This document shows, piece by piece, positions 17,247 to 24,109 of a stretch of 24,109 nt of DNA (positions are counted from its first letter, which is position 1; each line of letters begins with the position of its first letter). Position numbers and translations under genes: made by a program. The notes under the pieces are model-generated. The model was not told the DNA's origin. It saw only the letters and a list, made by a program, of their open reading frames with translations, and ran no database searches. The DNA is from Oculatellaceae cyanobacterium bins.114 (GTDB lineage: Bacteria > Cyanobacteriota > Cyanobacteriia > Elainellales > Elainellaceae). The DNA lies in the NCBI GenBank assembly GCA_033764315.1, contig JANRJA010000108.1, forward strand, positions 1-24,109, written 5' to 3'.

Positions 17247-18605
17247 ATGAAAATTAAACAAATCTCCGTTCATGGATTGTTTGGAATTTTTGATCACGTT
17301 ATTCCTCTGAATATAGATGAAAGGATCACGATTATTCATGGTCCAAATGGCTTTGGCAAAACGGCAATATTGAGAATTCTAAATAGCTTTTTCAATTATC
17401 GGTACTTAGAATTACGGGCTATTCTATTTCACGAGTTTAGAATTGAGTTTGACGATGGGAATAGTTTTGAGATTGTACGAAATGTTAAGGATTCAGAGGA
17501 GGCAGAGAAGATCGACATAACTTTCAATTTTCACAGAGTTAACTCAAAAAAGGTTTCTTTTTCTCCAGGAATAGCGAAGATTTCTTCTGACATGGATTTT
17601 CCAATTAGCATTTTAGATAGTGTTATATCAGGTTTAGAAAGAATAGATACCAGGAAATGGGTCTATCTTCCTACGAATGAAGTTTTATCTCTGGACGAGA
17701 TCATTGAGCGTTTTGGAGATTCATTACCTTCAAGATTGAAATCGTCTTATTCTCAAGAAGAGCCTGAATGGCTGAAAAACTTGAAGGAGAGTATTCATAT
17801 TCGTCTCATTGAATCACAGCGTCTATTGAACTTAGTTTCTAATCGCTCTTCTAGACCTGATCGGAGAACCTCTTCAATAATGTCTACTGTTTCAGCGTAT
17901 TCTGATGAACTTGGAAAGTTAATGCAAGACAAATTTAAGGAATATGGTACAACCTCTCAATCTTTGGATAGGACATTTCCACTCAGAGTTGTGAAACAGC
18001 AGCCATCAGCCGATGTAACAGATGAACAACTGCGTCAACAATTGAATGAGCTTGAGTCAATTCGTTCTCGTCTTATAGAAGTAGGTTTATTAGATAAAGA
18101 CGAAAACTCAGAATTTCAAATCCAGCCTCAAGATATAGACGAAAGCACTAAAAATGCATTGTCAGTCTATGTTGAAGATGTAGAGAAAAAACTAAATGTA
18201 TTTGCTGAGACTGCAAAAAAAATTGATCTATTAAGGAGAATTATAAATAATAAATTTGCTTATTCCTATAAAGAAATTAGCTTTAACAAAGATAAGGGAT
18301 TTATTTTTACAACACGTCATCCATCTTCTAACATAAAAAAGCTTTCACCAACAGATTTATCATCTGGTGAGCAACACGAACTAGTGCTCCTCTATGAACT
18401 TCTATTTAAGGTTCAACCTAACTCACTTGTTCTAATCGATGAACCTGAACTTTCTCTGCATGTGGGATGGCAGATTCAGTTCTTGAAGGATTTAAAGGAG
18501 ATTACTGAGCTTGCCGACTTAGATATTCTGATGGCCACCCATTCTCCCGATATTATTCAAGATCGATGGGATTTAACGGTTGAATTGAAGGGATCAGAAA
18601 TGTGA
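17247..18605 (+). CDS. ABC-type (AAA_15/AAA_21-like) ATPase, PARIS AriA-like sensor
   Basis: Walker A GPNGFGKT, helical insert, signature LSSGEQ, Walker B LIDEPE, D-loop LSLH and H-loop ATHSP. No TM partner; coupled to a TOPRIM gene. Confidence 0.85.
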   Translation: MKIKQISVHGLFGIFDHVIPLNIDERITIIHGPNGFGKTAILRILNSFFNYRYLELRAILFHEFRIEFDDGNSFEIVRNVKDSEEAEKIDITFNFHRVNSKKVSFSPGIAKISSDMDFPISILDSVISGLERIDTRKWVYLPTNEVLSLDEIIERFGDSLPSRLKSSYSQEEPEWLKNLKESIHIRLIESQRLLNLVSNRSSRPDRRTSSIMSTVSAYSDELGKLMQDKFKEYGTTSQSLDRTFPLRVVKQQPSADVTDEQLRQQLNELESIRSRLIEVGLLDKDENSEFQIQPQDIDESTKNALSVYVEDVEKKLNVFAETAKKIDLLRRIINNKFAYSYKEISFNKDKGFIFTTRHPSSNIKKLSPTDLSSGEQHELVLLYELLFKVQPNSLVLIDEPELSLHVGWQIQFLKDLKEITELADLDILMATHSPDIIQDRWDLTVELKGSEM

Positions 18606-19483
18606 GAGACTTGCTTTCCGTTGACCGTGATGCCAATCAAATTCGGTTACGACGAAGTCTCTATAAAGGAACCTTTTTATTGGTAGAAGGAAATTCTGAT
18701 AAAACTTTCTATGGGCGTTTTGTCGATCCGCTAGCGTGTGAATTAGTCAGTGTTTCTGGAAAACCTTCTAGTAAACTACGTGTTATCGCTGTTCTAAGAA
18801 TTCTGGAAAATTCCAGCTTTCAGGGTATTTTAGCGATCGTTGACTCAGATTTTGATCGTCTTACTGGTTCACAAGACGACATCCCCAATTTGCTTTATAC
18901 GGATACCCATGACCTCGAAACTATGCTCATTAACTCGCCAGCTTTTGATAAGGTAATGTCCGAGTTTGGTTCTGAAGAAAAAATAATAAACTTTAGTCGA
19001 GATATCAGATTATTAATACTCGAAATGGGTATTTCGATAGGGTATTTACTATGGATTTCTCAACTTGATTCTTTAAACCTGACCTTTGAAGGTATTACAT
19101 TTAGCAAATTTGTTGACGAACAAACTTTTCAGATGGATGAGCTTAAGCTGATTCGTGAAGTTAAGAATAAATCTCAGGCTTTTACATTAAAGGATGAAGA
19201 TTTACAACAGCGGTTAACTCACCAGAAAAGTAATAACCATGATCCCTGGCAGGTTTGTTGTGGTCATCACTTAGTCGAAATTCTGTCGCTCGGTTTACGC
19301 AAAGCCTTTGGCTCGAACAAAGCTGCTGATGTTGAACCCAATAGTCTTGAACGCAACTTAAGGCTTGCCTACGAAGCAGTTTACTTTCATGAAACACAAC
19401 TCTGCTTAAGTATCCGCAATTGGGAAAGTCGTAACCAGCCATTTAGAGTTTTGCAACAAAGCCCATCGTACCTCTCAAAATAA
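18602..19483 (+). CDS. DUF4435/TOPRIM-like nuclease, PARIS AriB-like effector
   Basis: LLVEG.SD..FY (E29, D33), IVDSDFD (DxD at 81-83) and DLE.ML. GTG start overlaps the ATPase stop (GTGA). Confidence 0.8.
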   Translation: MRDLLSVDRDANQIRLRRSLYKGTFLLVEGNSDKTFYGRFVDPLACELVSVSGKPSSKLRVIAVLRILENSSFQGILAIVDSDFDRLTGSQDDIPNLLYTDTHDLETMLINSPAFDKVMSEFGSEEKIINFSRDIRLLILEMGISIGYLLWISQLDSLNLTFEGITFSKFVDEQTFQMDELKLIREVKNKSQAFTLKDEDLQQRLTHQKSNNHDPWQVCCGHHLVEILSLGLRKAFGSNKAADVEPNSLERNLRLAYEAVYFHETQLCLSIRNWESRNQPFRVLQQSPSYLSK

Positions 19484-19612
19484 GATTAAAAGTCTGCCTC
19501 TATACCGCAGTGAGATAATGCATGATGCTCAATTGAGAGATGCGATACGCTATAAAAGCGATCGCCCTGATCCAATCTTCATCCTCTCCTGACTTGTTCC
19601 CCACCTCTCCTC

Positions 19613-21967
19613 ATGCCTCAAACTGCTGATTTTTTAAGCCATCTCAACTCTTCTCAGCGTCGTGCTGTTGAGCACTATTGTGGTCCTTTATTGGTGGTTG
19701 CCGGGGCTGGCTCTGGTAAGACCCGTGCTTTGACCTATCGCATTGCTAATCTGGTGTTGACCCATCGGGTGGATCCAGAACATATTTTGGCGGTGACTTT
19801 TACCAACAAAGCCGCTAAGGAAATGAAAGAGCGGATTGAGAAGTTGTTTGCCGAGCGAGAAGCACTGGCACGGTTTGGCAAACCCTTAGAGGCGATCGCT
19901 CACTATGATCAAGTAAAAGTGCGATCGCACGTCTATAAAAACATCACAAAAGACTTGTGGATTGGAACCTTTCACTCGTTGTTCTCGCGGATTTTGCGGT
20001 TTGATATCGAAAAATACCGGAGTCCACAGGGCTATCAATGGAACAAAAACTTCTCTATTTTTGATGAATCAGATGCTCAAAGTCTGGTTAAAAATATTGT
20101 GGTTAACCAGTTGCAATTAGACGACAAAAAGTTTGATCCGCGATCGGTGCGTTATGCCATAAGTAATGCAAAAAACCAGGGTTGGTCACCCCATGATCTA
20201 GAGCAAGAACAGCCCAACTTTCGCGGACGGACAATCGCCAATGTTTACTCAGAATATCAAAAAGCGTTAGCGGCTAATAATGCCCTTGATTTTGATGATT
20301 TGATTCTGATTCCAGTGCAGTTATTTCGTCAAAATGAACAGGTTTTGGCGTATTGGCATAAGCGGTTTCGTCATATTTTGGTGGATGAATATCAAGATAC
20401 CAACCGCACCCAATATGATCTGATTCGGCTGTTAGTGACCAATGGTAGTTCCTCCAGTAAATTTGACCAATGGGATTATCGATCAATCTTTGTGGTGGGG
20501 GATGCAGATCAATCTATCTATTCATTTCGGATGGCGGATTTTCGCATTCTGCTCGATTTTCAGAATGATTTTGGTGATGGTTTGCCAGACGACGATACCC
20601 GCACAATGGTGAAGTTAGAAGAGAATTATCGCTCGACTTCTAACATTCTAGAAGTGGCAAATTACTTGATTGAAAATAATACTGAGCGGATCGATAAAGT
20701 GTTACGACCCACTCGTGGATCGGGGGAATCGATCTACTGTTATCGTGCTGATGATGAGGTGGCTGAGGCACAATTTGTTGTGAGTCAACTGCGCCATTTA
20801 GAGTTAACAAACCCTGATTTAAATTGGGGTGGCTTTGCGATTTTATATCGCACCAATGCTCAATCGCGTGCTTTTGAAGAAGTGCTGGTTAGTTACAGCA
20901 TTCCTTATGCCGTAGTGGGAGGATTGCGATTCTACGATCGCAAAGAAATTAAAGATGTGTTGGGCTATCTCAGGGCGATCGCCAACCCTGATGACAGCCT
21001 CAGCCTCAAACGAGTGATCAATACCCCCAAACGGGGCGTGGGCAAAGCCACCATCGACCGCTTAGAAAGTGCCGCTACTGAGTTAGGGGTGCCTTTGTGG
21101 CAGATTTTGTGCGATGAGACGTCAGTGCAAACTCTGGCGGGTCGCTCTGCCAAACCAGTGCTGAGCTTCGTCAATATGCTGCGCAATTTGCAAGATCAAG
21201 TAGAAACCTTGCCTGCTTCTCAGATTGTGCAGACTCTGTTGCAAGAGTCGGGCTACGTACAAGATTTAAAGCAACAGGGCACGGATGAGGCAGACGATCG
21301 CCTACAAAACGTGCAGGAACTCTATAACGCAGTCTTACAGTTTGAAGAAGAAAACGAAGATGCGACGTTGCTGACCTTTTTAGCCAGTGCCTCCCTTGCT
21401 TCTGATCTCGATGACTTGCAGCAAGATCAACACAAGGTCTCGCTCATGACCCTGCATTCCTCTAAAGGATTGGAGTTTCCGGTGGTGTTTTTGGTGGGTT
21501 TAGAACAGGGGCTATTCCCCAATTTCCGCTCGTTAGAAGATCCTGCTGCGATCGAAGAAGAACGTCGCCTCTGCTATGTGGGCATTACTCGTGCTCAAGA
21601 ACGGTTGTTTATAAGCCACGCCCGCGAGCGTCGGTTGTATGGCAGTCGCGAACCTGCCAGCCCATCGTTGTTTTTGGGTGAGTTACCCAAAGAATTGTTG
21701 TTAAGCAATACAGCAACCGCCATTCCCAAGCGCATGACAACGCCCATTCGAGAGGTTAAACAACGGGCTACTGAATCTATTGCTAGCAACGGCTCAGAAA
21801 GTCAACCCTTTGAAGTGGGCGATCGCATTGTTGACAAACGCTTTGGAGCAGGTCAAGTGACCCACATTTTTGGCGCAGGCAAAAAGATGTGTCTGGCGGT
21901 GAAGTTCCCCGGTGTGGGGCAAAAAATTATTGATCCTAAAATTACCCCTATCCAACGAGTCGAGTGA
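19613..21967 (+). CDS. pcrA: ATP-dependent DNA helicase PcrA/UvrD
   Basis: AGAGSGKT, TFTNKAA, DEYQDTN, VGDADQSIY.FR, LEENYRST, TLHSSKGLEF, EERRLCYVGITRA and a C-terminal Tudor-like domain. Confidence 0.97.
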   Translation: MPQTADFLSHLNSSQRRAVEHYCGPLLVVAGAGSGKTRALTYRIANLVLTHRVDPEHILAVTFTNKAAKEMKERIEKLFAEREALARFGKPLEAIAHYDQVKVRSHVYKNITKDLWIGTFHSLFSRILRFDIEKYRSPQGYQWNKNFSIFDESDAQSLVKNIVVNQLQLDDKKFDPRSVRYAISNAKNQGWSPHDLEQEQPNFRGRTIANVYSEYQKALAANNALDFDDLILIPVQLFRQNEQVLAYWHKRFRHILVDEYQDTNRTQYDLIRLLVTNGSSSSKFDQWDYRSIFVVGDADQSIYSFRMADFRILLDFQNDFGDGLPDDDTRTMVKLEENYRSTSNILEVANYLIENNTERIDKVLRPTRGSGESIYCYRADDEVAEAQFVVSQLRHLELTNPDLNWGGFAILYRTNAQSRAFEEVLVSYSIPYAVVGGLRFYDRKEIKDVLGYLRAIANPDDSLSLKRVINTPKRGVGKATIDRLESAATELGVPLWQILCDETSVQTLAGRSAKPVLSFVNMLRNLQDQVETLPASQIVQTLLQESGYVQDLKQQGTDEADDRLQNVQELYNAVLQFEEENEDATLLTFLASASLASDLDDLQQDQHKVSLMTLHSSKGLEFPVVFLVGLEQGLFPNFRSLEDPAAIEEERRLCYVGITRAQERLFISHARERRLYGSREPASPSLFLGELPKELLLSNTATAIPKRMTTPIREVKQRATESIASNGSESQPFEVGDRIVDKRFGAGQVTHIFGAGKKMCLAVKFPGVGQKIIDPKITPIQRVE

Positions 21968-22008
21968 AATGGTATAGCTGTATACCACTCTGAGGTAAAA
22001 ATCATGGT

Positions 22009-22038
22009 TTGACAACTCTGGTCAGGTTGCTCTAGATT
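22009..22038 (+). promoter_or_regulatory. Candidate sigma70-type promoter
   Basis: TTGACA (22009-22014), 18-bp spacer, TAGATT (22033-22038), upstream of the 71-aa ORF. Confidence 0.4.
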
Positions 22039-22177
22039 GGAGTCTTTCCTGATAGAAGTTGACAATTCCTCTGAGGTTTCATCTACTTGAATGATGCCTC
22101 CATGGCATAGTTGTATGAGGTCAGGGTGTATCTACTCCGCTTAGGGTGTAATTAATCGCGTTACTAGAGCAAGGTAG

Positions 22178-22393
22178 ATGGATTGGCAAATTGGACAAAG
22201 ATTGATGTGCGATCGCAATGGTCAATTGCTAACAGATTGTGTTGTCCAAGCAAGAGACCATGACAGTATTGTGATCTTTTGTGCGTCTGTTAATATCGTC
22301 GTTTGCGGCAAACAAAAGAGTTTGGAAGAATTGGGTTGGCAAACCAATGATTTGGTTTCAGTCAATCCATCTTCTGCTAACAAAACATATTAG
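22178..22393 (+). CDS. Small hypothetical protein (71 aa)
   Basis: ATG start preceded by purine-rich GAGCAAGG. It fills an otherwise empty intergenic gap, has a candidate upstream promoter and shows a beta-strand-like residue pattern. Confidence 0.5.
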   Translation: MDWQIGQRLMCDRNGQLLTDCVVQARDHDSIVIFCASVNIVVCGKQKSLEELGWQTNDLVSVNPSSANKTY

Positions 22394-22428
22394 TGAAACG
22401 AGAGGCTTGCTATTGAATTTAGTCTATC

Positions 22429-22496
22429 TATAGCAGTCCTAAATCATTTGTGAGATTGGGGTATTTGTAAGAAGCGCACTCCATTAGGGTGCTATA
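22429..22496. mobile_element. MITE, copy 2 (shortened/degenerate)
   Basis: Left end TATAGCAGTCCTAAATCATTTGTGA is identical to copy 1. Degenerate right end CATTAGGGTGCTATA; central hairpin absent. Confidence 0.7.
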
Positions 22497-22568
22497 TTCT
22501 CTCTTTTTGATCAGCAATGATTGGGGAGGATTAATCTTTTACTCAACTGACGACTCATAAAATTTGGG

Positions 22569-23825
22569 TCACGATCGCAAGGCGAGTTGAGCTGTTCCAT
22601 ACGCTGCCTCAGTATGCGTTGAAGAGACAACTGGAACTTGTAAATGGCGCGATCGCAGTTGACTCCATATCTCGTTTTTGGCTCCTCCTCCGGCAGTATA
22701 AACCTGTTTCAGTGGGGTTGCTCCTAACGATTGCAGCAAGGCATACCCTTTCGCTTCAATCCGGGCAATGCTCTCTAACAACCCGTGGAGAAACTCAACT
22801 GGGTGATCGGGACGCGGCTCTAGTCGAGGTAACAAGTCAGGATCATGAATTGGAAAGCGTTCTCCTGGTTTCAAAAGAGGATAGTAGTCTAAGGGACTGA
22901 TATTGTCAGGATTGATCTGCTGGCTGAAGTGTTGCAATTCATCATCAGTAAAGAATTGCCGTAACACGGCTCCGCCTGTGTTCGATGCGCCTCCCACTAA
23001 CCACAGATCGCCCAAACGGTGGCTATAGATGCCATAACGAGCCTGATCAACCCGCACATTGCTCAACAGCTTGATGACCAGCGTCGAGCCGAGGGATGTT
23101 ACCGCTTCTCCAGGAGATTGAGCACCACTCGCTAGAAAGGCGGCAATGCTATCGGTGGTGCCAGCGTAAACCCAACACATGGGAGACAGCCCTAAATGGG
23201 TGGCGATCGCTGGAGTCAACGGGGCGATCGCTGTTCCAGGTGCGACAACGCGAGGCAACTGCATCAGAGAGGATACTGACTCCATCCAATCGGGATACTC
23301 CAGAGCTGCCACGTCATACCCTAGCTTCAGCGCATTGTGATAATCTGTGACACCCAACTGCCCATGTAGTAAGAACCCCAGCCAATCTGCTTGATGCAAA
23401 AAATAGGGTTTTGGTGTGAGCGACACCCCCGCTTTGACCCACCACAACAGCTTTGCCAGACTAGAGGTGGCACTCAAAACGGTATGGTTTGGAGGAGCGA
23501 TCGCCCGGATCTGATCGAACTGAGTTGCGCCTCGTGCATCGTTATAAAGCAATGGCTCACCTAGAGGATTGCCATTGTGATCACAGACTAAGACCGTCGA
23601 GGAGGTGCCGTTAATGGCGATCGCCCCAATCTGTTGTCGTACTTCTAAAGGAATTGCCGCAATCAGGTCAAATAGGGTCGTTTGCCAGAGTGACGCTAAT
23701 GTCGTAGACCCGACAAAGTTGAGGCTAGCTTGTGCCTGAATCTGTCCGTGTGGGTCAATGGCGATCGCCCGCGCCCCTGAGGTACCAAAGTCAATGCCTA
23801 ATGAAAAATAGGGTGGTGCCTGCAT
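22569..23825 (-). CDS. FGGY-family carbohydrate kinase (cyanobacterial/plastid D-ribulose kinase-like)
   Basis: GIDFGTSGAR, NGTSSTV, YND.R, TDYHNALKLG, GTTDSIAAF, SLGSTL, GGASNTGG and TAGGGA motifs. Confidence 0.9.
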   Translation of the reverse strand: MQAPPYFSLGIDFGTSGARAIAIDPHGQIQAQASLNFVGSTTLASLWQTTLFDLIAAIPLEVRQQIGAIAINGTSSTVLVCDHNGNPLGEPLLYNDARGATQFDQIRAIAPPNHTVLSATSSLAKLLWWVKAGVSLTPKPYFLHQADWLGFLLHGQLGVTDYHNALKLGYDVAALEYPDWMESVSSLMQLPRVVAPGTAIAPLTPAIATHLGLSPMCWVYAGTTDSIAAFLASGAQSPGEAVTSLGSTLVIKLLSNVRVDQARYGIYSHRLGDLWLVGGASNTGGAVLRQFFTDDELQHFSQQINPDNISPLDYYPLLKPGERFPIHDPDLLPRLEPRPDHPVEFLHGLLESIARIEAKGYALLQSLGATPLKQVYTAGGGAKNEIWSQLRSRHLQVPVVSSTHTEAAYGTAQLALRS

Positions 23826-23838
23826 CGTTCTTTAAGCA

Positions 23839-24021
23839 TTACCTGAGAAAAATAAAACTGCCGCTCCAACTGCCATAGTTATTGCTTCTCACGCCATTGC
23901 GGTTGGTGTTTTCTGGGAGTGGAGGAACTGCCTGAGAGGATGGCATAGCGATCGCGTTAGGCATAGCAACCACAAAACTTGACAGGGTGGAGATTAAAAC
24001 CGATAGATTTACACGAGTCAT
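23839..24021 (-). pseudogene. Probable internally deleted LCCL-domain secreted protein gene (signal peptide fused to the LCCL C-terminal motif)
   Basis: Signal-peptide-like MTRVNLSVLISTLSSFVVAMPNAIA, followed after a short linker by RNGVRSNNYGSWSGSFIF, which resembles the LCCL C-terminal motif (RNGV.S..YG.W.GSF.F). The domain core is absent. Confidence 0.55.
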
Positions 24022-24035
24022 GTTAGACACCTTTA

Positions 24036-24109
24036 TATAGTAGTCCTAAATCATTTGTAAAATTAGGAGGTTGTGAGAGTCGCACCCCGGAGGGGTGCGA
24101 CTCTCACAA
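24036..24109. mobile_element. MITE, copy 3 (truncated by the window end)
   Basis: TATAGTAGTCCTAAATCATTTGTAAAATTAGGAGGTTGTGAGAGTCGCACCCC-gga-GGGGTGCGACTCTCACAA, near-identical to copy 1 and in the same orientation. Confidence 0.85.

Noticed and set aside
19501-19554. Possible degenerate MITE (TATACCG...CGCTATA) at the right border of the defence cassette
   Set aside because: Only a 6/7-bp end match with no internal similarity to the other copies, so it is not distinguishable from chance.
21972-21985. NtcA-activated promoter after pcrA (GTA-N8-TAC)
   Set aside because: There is no TAN3T box about 22 nt downstream, and the site is equally explained as a 3' hairpin of pcrA.
770-23350. Remaining short antisense or alternative-frame ORFs in the six-frame track
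   Set aside because: They lie within or largely overlap well-supported genes and show no independent motifs.
17096-24109. Composite transposon bounded by MITE copies 1 and 3
   Set aside because: The interval includes core genes (pcrA, FGGY kinase) with normal HIP1 content, and there is no transposase. Independent insertions are more parsimonious.

Overview
This is a cyanobacterial chromosome segment. The HIP1 octamer GCGATCGC is very frequent (roughly 40 copies by manual count), and the window carries cyanobacteria-typical genes (plmA, rps1b, spkA, natA/natC, a Ycf66-family gene). Most of it is core or housekeeping DNA: an RND efflux pump (adaptor plus partial permease), an SDH/ClpP-class protease with a CNNM/HlyC-CorC protein, the GntR regulator PlmA divergent from a dienelactone hydrolase, an S1 homolog, the Ser/Thr kinase SpkA, neutral amino-acid ABC subunits, a pentapeptide/HhH/channel-like membrane protein, an MDR oxidoreductase, PcrA helicase and an FGGY kinase. 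The main accessory element is an AT-rich, HIP1-free two-gene cassette (ABC-type ATPase plus TOPRIM/DUF4435-like protein, 17247-19483) with the architecture of a PARIS (AriA/AriB) anti-phage system, directly preceded by a TA-flanked MITE. Intergenic DNA holds three copies of that MITE (two with mutually inverted hairpin loops), REP-like palindromes, heptamer arrays, a candidate structured RNA upstream of the dienelactone hydrolase, and a probable internally deleted LCCL-domain gene. All family assignments are from motif recognition by eye; no database search was run.
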